A stretch of 64,000 nt of DNA from an uncultured Acidobacteriaceae bacterium (lineage in GTDB: Bacteria; Acidobacteriota; Terriglobia; Terriglobales; Acidobacteriaceae), in contig CAVRNK010000064.1 of the NCBI GenBank assembly GCA_963721995.1, positions 6,569 to 70,568 of the forward strand. Direction: 5' to 3'. The notes beneath the pieces were generated by a model that ran no database searches, had not been told where the DNA came from, and worked only from the letters and a program-made list of their open reading frames with translations. Each line of letters starts with the position of its first letter. Position 1 is the first letter of the stretch. A program made the translations under genes and the position numbers. Shown one piece after another: positions 1-9,585 of this stretch.

Positions 1-675
1 GTCGCAGCGCTGCGCCTGGAGCTTGATCCGGCGCTGCGACGGTCAGTGGCGGAAGCCATGACCATCAAGGAGACGAGCTTCTTCCGCGATCGCTTGCCGT
101 TCGAGCTTCTCCATGAGGAACTGTTGCCCCGCATCATCCGCAGGCGGGAATCCACACGACGTCTGCGCCTGTGGAGTGCGGCCTGCTCGAGCGGGCAGGA
201 GCCATACTCAGTTGCAATGATCCTTCGCGAGCACTTTCCTCAGCTCAACGAATGGGAAGTCGAGGTTATCGGCACAGATATTTCCCACGAGATGATCCGC
301 CGTGCGCGAGCGGGGCGATATGCGAAGAGGGAACTGAATCGCGGGTTGCCGGCCCGCTATCGCATCCGCTATGTGCAGCAGTCGGGCGACGAGTGGGAGG
401 TGGCTGCCGATCTCAAGCGGATATGCCGGTTCTATCCGTGCAATCTGTGCGAGGGTCCGCTTCCTCTCGAGAAATACGACGGAATACTGCTGCGCAACGT
501 GATGATGTACTTCCCGGACGAAGCCCGCAGACAGCTGCTGCTTCATGTGCATCGCATCCTGCAGGCTGACGGCTTTCTCATCCTTGGCTCGGGCGAGCAG
601 CCGGCTTTGCCGGAGTTGTTTCAGGCGGAGTTGAAGGGGAGTGCCTGCTATTACCGGCCGCTTCCGGGCGTCTGA
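1..675 (+). CDS. cheR: Chemotaxis protein-glutamate methyltransferase CheR (5'-truncated by window edge)
   Basis: TIKETSFFRD, WSAACSSGQEPYS, GTDIS and LRNVMMYF motifs; frame open from base 1. Confidence 0.93.
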   Translation, partial: VAALRLELDPALRRSVAEAMTIKETSFFRDRLPFELLHEELLPRIIRRRESTRRLRLWSAACSSGQEPYSVAMILREHFPQLNEWEVEVIGTDISHEMIRRARAGRYAKRELNRGLPARYRIRYVQQSGDEWEVAADLKRICRFYPCNLCEGPLPLEKYDGILLRNVMMYFPDEARRQLLLHVHRILQADGFLILGSGEQPALPELFQAELKGSACYYRPLPGV

Positions 676-733
676 ATTCCCGACGCGGTTCGTGCGCATC
701 GTACTCTGTGCGGGATATGCTCGAATCGTGCGC

Positions 734-3700
734 ATGAAAGAGCAGTACAAGACACGAGAGGGCCGCAGCCAAGCGGCCTCCGACAGGACGTCCCCGGCCG
801 GCGTGTCCGCGGAGAACGATGCGGCACTCGGGCTCTTTCATCCTGTTACAGCGGAGTGGTTTCGCGCCGTGTTTGACCGGCCTACGGCCCCGCAGCGGCT
901 GGGTTGGCCGGCAATCGCTCGCGGCGAAAGCACGCTGATCCTTGCTCCCACCGGGACGGGCAAAACTCTGACGGCCTTTCTCTGGTGCCTCGATCGGCTT
1001 ATGCTTCACGGCGATTCTGAGGCAGAAGGATGCCGGGTCATCTACGTCAGCCCGCTTAAGGCGCTGGCGGTCGATGTTGAGCGCAACCTGCGCTCGCCGC
1101 TCGCCGGTATCGCCAACGCGGCGCGCCAGCGTGGAGTTGCTTTTCACTCACCGGAGATCAGCATCCGCACCGGCGACACGCCGCAGCGTGATCGCGCCCG
1201 TTTCCGTCGGCATCCCGCGGAGATTCTCATCACCACGCCGGAATCGCTGTATCTGCTGTTGACTTCGGAATCGGCTGCATCGCTGCGTAGCGTCGAGACG
1301 GTGATCATCGACGAGATACACGCCCTTGTGCCGACGAAGCGAGGCGCGCACCTGGCGCTCAGCCTGGAGCGCCTCCAGGCGATCACCGGCGGGATGGCCG
1401 GACGCGGTCTGCAGCGGATCGGCCTTTCCGCCACGCAGAGACCCCTTGAAGAGGTAGCCCATTTTCTGGCCGGAGTCGAGCCCTCGAAGCCGCGTGCGGC
1501 ACGGTCAGGTCAATCCGGCCCGGATGAGACCCTGGCGACGGCCGAGCACGAGTGGACGACCGATGATGAAGCCGCGCAGAGATTTCGGCCGGTGACCATC
1601 GTGAACGCGAGCGAGCCAAAGCGGCTGGAGTTGAAGGTCGAGGTGCCGGTTGAAGATATGGCGCGTATCGGGCAGGTGGAAGAGCTGCCCAGTGGCGCGG
1701 CTTCGCAAGGTCCGAAGCGCACTTCGATCTGGAGCGCGATCTATCCGCGGCTGCTTGAAATCATCCTCCAGCGGCAGTCGACGCTCATCTTCGTCAACAA
1801 CCGGCGCACGGCCGAACGGCTGGCCGGGGCTCTGAACGATTTGGCGCAGGAACAACAGATACCCGTCACGCTGGCGCGAGCGCATCACGGCTCGCTTGCA
1901 GCGGCGCAGCGATCGGAGATCGAAGAACAGCTCAAGGCAGGGTCGATCCGCGCATTGGTGGCAACCTCGTCCCTGGAGCTTGGCATTGATATGGGAGCAA
2001 TCGATCTGGTAATTCAGATCGAGGCTCCGCCGTCAGTCGCCAGCGGTATGCAGCGTATTGGGCGTGCCGGGCACCACGTGGGCGCGACCAGCGATGGAGT
2101 GATCTTTCCCAAGTATCGCGCCGATCTGGTCGCCTGCGCGGCGGCCACTCGCGCGATGCATGAGGGGCTGGTCGAGTCCACGCGCTATCTGCGTAATCCA
2201 CTGGACGTGCTCGCACAGCAGATTGTTGCCACCGTTGCGCAGCCGCCGGCGCTGGCCGTGCCACGAATGCGTGGGCAGCCGCCTGGCCCGGCTGAGATCG
2301 CCGTCGAGACTCTCTACACGCTGATACGAAGCGCAGCCCCCTTTGCGTCGCTCACACGCGCGGCATTCGAAGGGATTCTCGATCTGCTGGCAGGGCGCTA
2401 TCCATCGGATGAATTTGCCGAATTGAGGCCGCGCATCACGTGGGATCGCGTGTCGAATATTCTGACCCCGCGCGAGGGTGTAAAGAGCCTGGCGATCCTG
2501 AACGGAGGCACGATTCCCGATCGCGGGCTATATGGCGTATTTCTCTACGGATCTGACAAGCCGGTTCGCGTCGGCGAACTGGATGAGGAGATGGTCTTCG
2601 AGAGCCGCACGGGCGAGACGTTTGTGCTTGGCGCATCGACGTGGCGCATCGTTGAGATTACACATGACCGCGTGCTGGTCTCGCCGGCTCCGGGCGAGCC
2701 GGGAAAGATGCCCTTCTGGCATGGCGATCTCGCCGGCAGGCCGCTGGAATTTGGCCGGCGCATCGGTGCTCTGGTGCGCGAACTGCGCGAGATGCCGCGC
2801 AATGCCGCGCTAAGCAGGCTGGTGCGCGAGCATGATCTGGAGCCGCAGGCGGCGGAGAACCTGATCCGCTTTCTCGCTGATCAGGAGATTGCAACTGTCA
2901 CAGTTCCAGATGACCGCAACATCGTCATCGAACGCACACGTGACGAGCTTGGCGACTGGCGGGTATGCGTGCTCACTCCCTTCGGCAGCCGGGTGCATGC
3001 TCCCTGGGCGATGGCGGTGACAGGCAAGGTTCGCGCAGCGGGCGGCCCGGATGTCGAGACGATGTGGGCCGACGACGGATTCGTGCTGCGCTTTCCGGAT
3101 ACCGATGTTGCACCCGATCCCGACCTGCTGCTGCTCGACCCGAATGAGGCGACCGATCTCGTGGTGCGGCAGCTGGGAGCAACGGCGTTGTTTGCGGCGA
3201 AGTTCCGCGAATCTGCGGCGCGTGCCCTGCTGCTGCCGCGAAGGCGTGCGCAGGGGCGTGCTCCGCTGTGGCAGCAGCGCAAGCGAGCCTACGATCTGCT
3301 GTCGGTGGCGTCGCGCTATCCGTCGTTCCCCATGCTGCTCGAGGCGTATCGCGAGTGCCTGCGCGATGTGTTCGACATTCCGGCGTTCCTCGAGATTCTG
3401 CGCGCGGTCGAGAAGCGGCAGGTGCGCGTGCATGTCGCGGATTCCCGGACTCCCTCGCCCTTTGCATCGTCGCTGCTCTTCAGCTATGTGGCGAATTACA
3501 TCTACGACGGCGACGCTCCGCTGGCTGAGCGCCGGGCCCAGGCGCTTTCCATCGATCAGGAGCAGTTGCAGGATCTGCTCGGAGATGCCGATCTGCGCGA
3601 GCTGCTCGACGCCGATGCGATTGCCGAGGTTGAAGAGCAACTGCAGGCGCTCGGCGAGACGCAGCGTGTTCGCTCTGCGGACGGCATACACGATTTGCTG

Positions 3701-5527
3701 CTTCGTCTCGGCGATTTGTCGCGCGAGGAACTGCAGCGGAGACTTGCGTCCCAGGACCTGGTGCAGTCCGTTGACCGGCTCGCTCGCTCGCGGCGCGTGC
3801 TCGAGATCAAGGTTGCGCGCGAGAAGCGGCTGATTGCTGTCGAAGACGCGGCGCGCTATCGCGATGCCCTCGGTATCCCACTGCCACCGGGAATTGCATC
3901 GTCACTGCTCGCGCCGGTGAATGCACCGGTGCTGGAGCTGGTTCGCCGCTACGCGCGCACGCATGGTCCGTTCACCGCGCAGGAAGCTGCGGAGCGATTC
4001 GGACTGGATTTGCAGCCGATCGAAGCTGCTCTGCACGCGCTAGTGCTGGACGGCCGCGTCATTGAAGGAGGATTCCGCCCTGCCGGTGTTCATCGCGAGT
4101 GGTGCGACGCGGAGGTGCTCCGCCAGATTCGCAGGAAATCGCTGGCCCGGCTTCGCAAGGAGATCGAGCCCGTCGAGCAGCAGATGCTGGCGCGGTTGGA
4201 GACGCACTGGCAGGGCGTGCTGCAGAAGCGCCGCGGCCTCGATGCGCTGTTGGACACCATTGAAAACCTGCAGGGTGCGCCTTTGCCTGCATCGCTGGTG
4301 GAGTCGGCGATTCTTCCTGCGCGCATGCAGAAGTATTCGCCCGCCGATCTCGACACGCTGATCGCTGCAGGTGAAGTCGTCTGGTGCGGGCTCGATCCGC
4401 TGGGCGAGCACGACGGACGCATCGGGCTGTATCTCGCGGACAAGGTCGCGGCGCTTTTGCCGTCGCGGGAACAGGTCACCGACCCTCCGCTCACTGGGAA
4501 GGAGCAGGCGATTCTCGATCAGCTCGCCCGCAGCGGAGCCATGTTCTTTGCGCAACTGCATGACGCGCTCGGCGGGGGGTATCCCGGCGAAATCATTGAC
4601 GCACTCTGGAGCCTGGTGTGGCGAGGCCTCATGACCAATGACACATTCCACGCGCTGCGAGCCTACGTGGCCAGGCCTGCGTCCGCACGGCCAGCGAAGC
4701 GCCAGCACAATCTGCCGGCCTTCCGGTCGCGGCGAACGACGCCTCCAAGCGCACAGGGCCGATGGGTGCTGGTCGCGCAGCCGGACCGCAGCACTCCCAC
4801 AGGGCAGACAGAATGGAGTCACGCGCTGGCGCTGCAGTTGCTCAACAGGCACGGCATTGTGACTCGCGAGACGGTAACGCAGGAAAATATCCCCGGCGGA
4901 TTCAGTGCCGTTTACGACGTGCTGAAAGCTTTGGAAGAGTCCGGCCGCGTGCGGCGCGGATACTTCGTCGCCGGACTGGGGGCAGCGCAGTTCGCACTGC
5001 CATCGGCAGTCGATCTGCTGCGCTCGTTGCGTAACAGCCCGCAACCAGAGAAGCCCGAAATAGTGGCCATTGCCGCCACAGATCCGGCCAATGTCTACGG
5101 ATCGGTTTTGCGTTGGCCGCAGGCGCTCCCGCGTTCGCCGCAGGTGACCGATGATTCTCCCGATGCGGCATCGAGATCGCTCACGCGCAGCGTGGGAGCA
5201 TCGGTGATCCTGCGTAATGGCGAATTGATCGCGTATATGCGGCGCAACAATCCGAACCTGCAGGTTTTTCTTCCCGCTGACGAACCTGATCGCTCGAATG
5301 CTGCCCGGGACCTGGCCGTATTCCTCGCAAGCAGCGCGCAGGACACCATGCGTCACGACGAGAGCGGACGCCACAGCGGCCTGCTGCTCTCGACCATTAA
5401 CGGGGCTCCGATCCACGAACACTGGCTGGCGCGCTTTCTTCTCGATGCCGGCTTCCAGCCTGCGCCGATGGGGTTCAATGTGCGGCGCGTGCCTCCGGTA
5501 GTCGCGGCGACGCAGGAGGTCCAGTAG
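734..5527 (+). CDS. lhr: Lhr-family ATP-dependent SF2 helicase (full-length, with C-terminal extension)
   Basis: APTGTGKT, DEIH, SAT, HHGSL, QRIGRAGH and GGTIPDRG motifs; start at ATG 734 chosen by inspection. Confidence 0.93.
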   Translation: MKEQYKTREGRSQAASDRTSPAGVSAENDAALGLFHPVTAEWFRAVFDRPTAPQRLGWPAIARGESTLILAPTGTGKTLTAFLWCLDRLMLHGDSEAEGCRVIYVSPLKALAVDVERNLRSPLAGIANAARQRGVAFHSPEISIRTGDTPQRDRARFRRHPAEILITTPESLYLLLTSESAASLRSVETVIIDEIHALVPTKRGAHLALSLERLQAITGGMAGRGLQRIGLSATQRPLEEVAHFLAGVEPSKPRAARSGQSGPDETLATAEHEWTTDDEAAQRFRPVTIVNASEPKRLELKVEVPVEDMARIGQVEELPSGAASQGPKRTSIWSAIYPRLLEIILQRQSTLIFVNNRRTAERLAGALNDLAQEQQIPVTLARAHHGSLAAAQRSEIEEQLKAGSIRALVATSSLELGIDMGAIDLVIQIEAPPSVASGMQRIGRAGHHVGATSDGVIFPKYRADLVACAAATRAMHEGLVESTRYLRNPLDVLAQQIVATVAQPPALAVPRMRGQPPGPAEIAVETLYTLIRSAAPFASLTRAAFEGILDLLAGRYPSDEFAELRPRITWDRVSNILTPREGVKSLAILNGGTIPDRGLYGVFLYGSDKPVRVGELDEEMVFESRTGETFVLGASTWRIVEITHDRVLVSPAPGEPGKMPFWHGDLAGRPLEFGRRIGALVRELREMPRNAALSRLVREHDLEPQAAENLIRFLADQEIATVTVPDDRNIVIERTRDELGDWRVCVLTPFGSRVHAPWAMAVTGKVRAAGGPDVETMWADDGFVLRFPDTDVAPDPDLLLLDPNEATDLVVRQLGATALFAAKFRESAARALLLPRRRAQGRAPLWQQRKRAYDLLSVASRYPSFPMLLEAYRECLRDVFDIPAFLEILRAVEKRQVRVHVADSRTPSPFASSLLFSYVANYIYDGDAPLAERRAQALSIDQEQLQDLLGDADLRELLDADAIAEVEEQLQALGETQRVRSADGIHDLLLRLGDLSREELQRRLASQDLVQSVDRLARSRRVLEIKVAREKRLIAVEDAARYRDALGIPLPPGIASSLLAPVNAPVLELVRRYARTHGPFTAQEAAERFGLDLQPIEAALHALVLDGRVIEGGFRPAGVHREWCDAEVLRQIRRKSLARLRKEIEPVEQQMLARLETHWQGVLQKRRGLDALLDTIENLQGAPLPASLVESAILPARMQKYSPADLDTLIAAGEVVWCGLDPLGEHDGRIGLYLADKVAALLPSREQVTDPPLTGKEQAILDQLARSGAMFFAQLHDALGGGYPGEIIDALWSLVWRGLMTNDTFHALRAYVARPASARPAKRQHNLPAFRSRRTTPPSAQGRWVLVAQPDRSTPTGQTEWSHALALQLLNRHGIVTRETVTQENIPGGFSAVYDVLKALEESGRVRRGYFVAGLGAAQFALPSAVDLLRSLRNSPQPEKPEIVAIAATDPANVYGSVLRWPQALPRSPQVTDDSPDAASRSLTRSVGASVILRNGELIAYMRRNNPNLQVFLPADEPDRSNAARDLAVFLASSAQDTMRHDESGRHSGLLLSTINGAPIHEHWLARFLLDAGFQPAPMGFNVRRVPPVVAATQEVQ

Positions 5528-5530
5528 AGC

Positions 5531-6373
5531 TTGCCCGAAGGCGACACGATCTTTCGCGCTGCGCGTTCCCTCAACAAAGCACTGGCAGGCGCAACCGTGA
5601 CCGGATTCGAAACCGCACACGCGCAGCTTGCCAGCGCAAACGACAACGCGCCTCTGACCGGCCGCATCGTCGACAAAGTCGAGGCACGCGGCAAGTGGCT
5701 GCTGATCCATTTCTCCGGCGATCTGATTCTCGTCACACACATGCTCATGAGCGGAAGCTGGCACATCTATCGCCCAGGCGAGCGCTGGAAACGGCCGCGC
5801 GCGCAGATGCGAGTGATCATCCGAACAGCGCAGTACGAGGCCGTTGCCTTCTCCGTTCCGGTCGCGCAATTTCATACAGCGCACTCGCTAGAACGGAACA
5901 CAGCGATTCCGAAGCTGGGCCCGGATTTGCTCAAGGCGGGCTTCGCAGAAGACGAAGCAAAGGTGCGGATTCGCTCTCGCGGGAACGAGGAGATCGGCAA
6001 TGTACTGCTCGATCAGAAGGTGATGGCCGGCATCGGGAATGTCTTTAAATCTGAGATCTGCTACGTCTGCGGTGTTCATCCTTTCCGCCGCGTATCCTCC
6101 CTTTCTGATCGGGAGATTGAATGCCTTGTCGACTCGGCTCGCAAGCTAATGGCCGCCAACGTCACCCAAGCTGCCGGCGATCAGATTGTGACCTATACCG
6201 GCCTGCGCCGGACTACGGGAAGGTCCGACCCGTCGGCGAGGGTTTGGGTTTATCGGCGCAAAGGCGAAGAGTGCCGGCGCTGCGGCACGATCATCGAAAT
6301 GCGCCGGCAAGGGTTTGGAGCACGCTCAAGCTACTGGTGTCCCGAGTGCCAGCCGTTGATTCGTTCGATATGA
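5531..6373 (+). CDS. nei: Fpg/Nei family DNA glycosylase/AP lyase
   Basis: N-terminal MPEG, RGKWL, LLDQ..AGIGNVFKSE, C-terminal CxxC..CxxC zinc finger; directly after lhr. Confidence 0.92.
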   Translation: MPEGDTIFRAARSLNKALAGATVTGFETAHAQLASANDNAPLTGRIVDKVEARGKWLLIHFSGDLILVTHMLMSGSWHIYRPGERWKRPRAQMRVIIRTAQYEAVAFSVPVAQFHTAHSLERNTAIPKLGPDLLKAGFAEDEAKVRIRSRGNEEIGNVLLDQKVMAGIGNVFKSEICYVCGVHPFRRVSSLSDREIECLVDSARKLMAANVTQAAGDQIVTYTGLRRTTGRSDPSARVWVYRRKGEECRRCGTIIEMRRQGFGARSSYWCPECQPLIRSI

Positions 6374-6442
6374 GTCGGACCAGTGCGGAATCGCGCTCAT
6401 GGCAACGCAATCAGGCGTGCAGCCGTCCGATACAATGTCCCT

Positions 6443-6784
6443 ATGCCGCCACTCAATTTATCGCGCAGGCGCCAGAAATCGCCGCCTCCCGGCGAGACCG
6501 GGCAGGAAGCTCTGTATCTGCGTTTTCTTAGTGAGAAGCAGGTGCGCGTCGCCGTGAAGCTGCGCGACGGAGAGGTGGTTTCCGGTTGGATCGAATATTT
6601 TGACGACCGGATGATCCGGCTTACGCGTGAAGGCAAGCCTAATCTGTTCATCTACAAAAACCAGATTCGCACCATCACGGAGCAACCTCGCCGCGGAGAT
6701 GAGCCCCGCCGTCGAAGCCCGCGCAAACCCTCCGAAGCGGGTAGCTTGGGCTCCGATGACCTGCCCGGCGGAGAGCCACGATGA
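6443..6784 (+). CDS. Hfq-like Sm-fold RNA chaperone paralogue
   Basis: QEALYLRFL..VAVKLRDGEVVSGWIEYFD..LFIYKNQIRTI matches the Sm1/Sm2 pattern (compare YKHAI); stop overlaps suhB start (ATGA). Confidence 0.75.
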   Translation: MPPLNLSRRRQKSPPPGETGQEALYLRFLSEKQVRVAVKLRDGEVVSGWIEYFDDRMIRLTREGKPNLFIYKNQIRTITEQPRRGDEPRRRSPRKPSEAGSLGSDDLPGGEPR

Positions 6785-7668
6785 CTGCGACTTCCGATCT
6801 GTCGATTGCGTCGCAGGCATCAGTCATTGCACGCGAAGCGGGGGCACTTCTGCGCGACTACTATGCGCGGGGAGTGGCAACAGAATACAAAGGCGACGTT
6901 GACCTGGTGACCGAGGCCGATCGCGCGTCGGAGAAGCTGATCGTCGAGCGGCTGCACGAGGTTTTCCCGGCGCACGGCGTGTACGGCGAAGAGGGCACGC
7001 GTTCGAACATCGACCGCGAATATCGCTGGTATATCGATCCGCTCGACGGCACCACAAACTTCGCGCATGGGTTCCCGGTTTTCTGCGTTTCGATGGGACT
7101 GGAGCGACGCGCGCCATCCATGTCTGCGGGACAGGACGAGGAGATTGTCGCCGGCGTTATCTACGATCCGTTGCGCGCCGAGCTTTTTACCGCAGAAAAG
7201 GGAAAGGGTGCTTACCTCAATGGCGCGCCGATCCATGCGTCGCGCATTGCCCACCTGGCGGAGGCCCTGCTGGCTACCGGCTTTCCCAGCCGCAAGCGCC
7301 ACGACAATCCGAATATTCATTTTTATCAGCAATTTACGCTGCGCTCCCACGGAGTGCGCCGGGCCGGTTCGGCGGCGCTCGATCTGGCTTACACCGCCTG
7401 CGGGCGGGTCGACGCCTTCTGGGAGTTCAACCTGAATCCCTGGGATACTTCGGCGGGAGCGCTTCTCGTCGTTGAGGCGGGCGGAACAATGAGCGGGTTC
7501 GACGGCAGCCCTTTCCGTCTCGACAGCAGGGAAGTGCTCGCCACCAACGGCCTGCTGCGCGACGAGCTGCTCGGCTTCTTTGCGGAGATGTTTGCAGGCC
7601 ATGTGCTGGAGGACATCCCCACCCCCGCGGAGTTTGCGGCGCGGCGCGCCCAGCGTGGCGCTTCTTGA
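6781..7668 (+). CDS. suhB: Inositol monophosphatase family protein
   Basis: DLVTEAD, IDPLDGTTNFAHG, GSAALDLA and WDTSAG motifs. Confidence 0.92.
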   Translation: MTATSDLSIASQASVIAREAGALLRDYYARGVATEYKGDVDLVTEADRASEKLIVERLHEVFPAHGVYGEEGTRSNIDREYRWYIDPLDGTTNFAHGFPVFCVSMGLERRAPSMSAGQDEEIVAGVIYDPLRAELFTAEKGKGAYLNGAPIHASRIAHLAEALLATGFPSRKRHDNPNIHFYQQFTLRSHGVRRAGSAALDLAYTACGRVDAFWEFNLNPWDTSAGALLVVEAGGTMSGFDGSPFRLDSREVLATNGLLRDELLGFFAEMFAGHVLEDIPTPAEFAARRAQRGAS

Positions 7669-7759
7669 CAGCAGGTTTTTGATCCGGCTCATGTCTCGCC
7701 GGCCTCACGGTCCGGTACAATAATCTTTCTAATTACCCCTATATGGAAGAGGATCTCCC

Positions 7760-8020
7760 ATGGCATATGTAATTGCTGAACCCTGCATTGGCACGAAGGA
7801 CATGGCATGTGTGGACGCATGCCCGGTGGACTGTATCCACCCCAAGAAAGACGAAGCGGCAAACGCCGACCAGGCGCAGCTTTATATCGATCCCGTTGAG
7901 TGCATCGATTGCGGAGCCTGCGTTCCCGTGTGCCCCGTCTCGGCGATCTTTGCGGCTGACGATTTGCCCGAGAAGTGGTCGAGCTATACGGAAAAGAACT
8001 CCACCTACTTTGGCCGCTAG
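7760..8020 (+). CDS. Dicluster (7Fe/8Fe) ferredoxin
   Basis: CIGTKDMACVDACPVDCI and CIDCGACVPVCP motifs. Confidence 0.93.
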   Translation: MAYVIAEPCIGTKDMACVDACPVDCIHPKKDEAANADQAQLYIDPVECIDCGACVPVCPVSAIFAADDLPEKWSSYTEKNSTYFGR

Positions 8021-8040
8021 GGCTTTCGCTTAGTTTCTCG

Positions 8041-8072
8041 AACGCGCGGCCCGGTGCTGCGCGTTTTTGTTT
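8041..8072 (+). terminator. Rho-independent terminator after ferredoxin
   Basis: Stem aacgcgcggc/gctgcgcgtt, loop ccggt, followed by tttgttt. Confidence 0.7.
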
Positions 8073-8137
8073 CAGGGCGACTGCCTGAATTCCGCGGGCG
8101 GAACCGGAGCGGACCATAAGGCAAGAGGGAAGGCAGG

Positions 8138-8800
8138 ATGAATCAGGACTCTCCGACCAAGCGCACGCAGGTGATTCGGTTGCCCAAGCGCGGCGACTAC
8201 TCCGAGGCCACGATCCACAGTATTCTCGATGCCGGCTTCCTTTGCCACGTCGGATTCGTGGCGGATGGGCAGCCGTTTGTCGTCCCCACCAGCTACGGAC
8301 GAAGCGGCGATACGTTGTACATCCATGGCTCGGCCGCGAGCCGAATGCTCCGCACGCTGGCTTCCGGCGTGGAGGTGTGCGTGACCGTGACGCTGGTCGA
8401 CGGCCTGGTGCTGGCGCGCTCGGCCTTTCATCATTCGATGAATTACCGGTCGGCGGTGCTGTTTGGAACCGCGACGCTGGTGGAGTCGACGGAGGAAAAG
8501 ACCGCCGCTCTGAGGGCGATTTCCGAGCAGATAGTGCCGGGCCGGTGGGACGATGTCCGTTGGCCTACCGAGCAGGAGCTGAAGGCGACGAAGGTGCTCG
8601 CCCTGCCAATTTCCGAAGCGTCCGCGAAGGTTCGCACCGGGCCACCGCTCGATGACGAGGAGGACTACGCGATGAAGGTATGGGCGGGTATCCTGCCCTT
8701 CCGCGTGCAGCCGGAGGCGCCCTTACCGGATCCACGCCTGAATGGTGACTCGCAGGAAGTGCCGGGGTATCTGCTCGGCTACAACAAGCGGCCCGTTTGA
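8138..8800 (+). CDS. Pyridoxamine 5'-phosphate oxidase-like FMN-binding protein (NimA-like)
   Basis: LYIHGS.ASRM, ARSAFHHSMNYRS and SAKVRTGPP motifs. Confidence 0.88.
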   Translation: MNQDSPTKRTQVIRLPKRGDYSEATIHSILDAGFLCHVGFVADGQPFVVPTSYGRSGDTLYIHGSAASRMLRTLASGVEVCVTVTLVDGLVLARSAFHHSMNYRSAVLFGTATLVESTEEKTAALRAISEQIVPGRWDDVRWPTEQELKATKVLALPISEASAKVRTGPPLDDEEDYAMKVWAGILPFRVQPEAPLPDPRLNGDSQEVPGYLLGYNKRPV

Positions 8801-8898
8801 GACGAGCTTTGGACAACTGGACGTGTCCAGTAGCAGACTTCTAAGATCGAGTGTCGGCTCCCAGCCGAAACCAGCGCTTAACGAGGAAATTTGCGACC

Positions 8899-9510
8899 AT
8901 GCTCAAGCAGATAGGAACTCTCGCGGCGGTTCTCGCCACCGTGTCGTGTGCCGCCGCGCAAACCATCACGATGGTCAACGTACCTGCCACCCTCGAAAAG
9001 ACGATCGACGCCAAGAAGGCGAAGGCCGGCGATCCTTTCACCGCCAAGATTACTGCGTCTACGCAACTCAACGACGGCACCAAGGTTCCAGCGGGTTCCG
9101 TTCTCGAAGGCCATCTAGACGCGGTGACTCCATCAGAAAAGAAGAGTGACTCGACGCTGACGGTGACCATCGACAAGCTTCATATCAAGAACGGTGATGA
9201 AGTAAACGTCAAGGCAACGCTGGTCAGCGCGATGAGTACGGCACCTGGCGGCGATGACAAGGCTTACGATCCGAGTAATTATCGGACCGGGACAATGGGT
9301 GACAATAAATCAAACGGACAAAACGGTCAGGAGGCAGGGTTCAGTACTGCACCACATCCGATCACAGGGCTTACACTCGCGGGCTCTCCTCATGAAGCCA
9401 CTTCCGGCACATTCACCCAGGCGAAAGGGAATGTCCATCTCTCGAGCGGTGTGCAATTGGTCATTTCAGTTGCCGCTGTCGCCGCGCCCTCGGGCACAAC
9501 CCCCCACTGA
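8899..9510 (+). CDS. Secreted hypothetical protein
   Basis: Signal-peptide-like N-terminus (..SCAAAQ); LEKTIDAKKAKAGD..VPAGSVLEGH beta-rich pattern. Confidence 0.75.
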   Translation: MLKQIGTLAAVLATVSCAAAQTITMVNVPATLEKTIDAKKAKAGDPFTAKITASTQLNDGTKVPAGSVLEGHLDAVTPSEKKSDSTLTVTIDKLHIKNGDEVNVKATLVSAMSTAPGGDDKAYDPSNYRTGTMGDNKSNGQNGQEAGFSTAPHPITGLTLAGSPHEATSGTFTQAKGNVHLSSGVQLVISVAAVAAPSGTTPH

Positions 9511-9585
9511 GAGCGTTCGTTTTCCAGAGCTGGAAACAAAAAGCCCTGGACGAATCCGGAGCTTTTCGTTTGAGCTGGCGTTGGA

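Noticed and set aside
4040..5884. Long antisense ORFs over lhr (and similar ones over DUF1800, glyS and the ATP-grasp gene)
   Set aside because: Expected from high GC3 codon bias; no recognisable domains.
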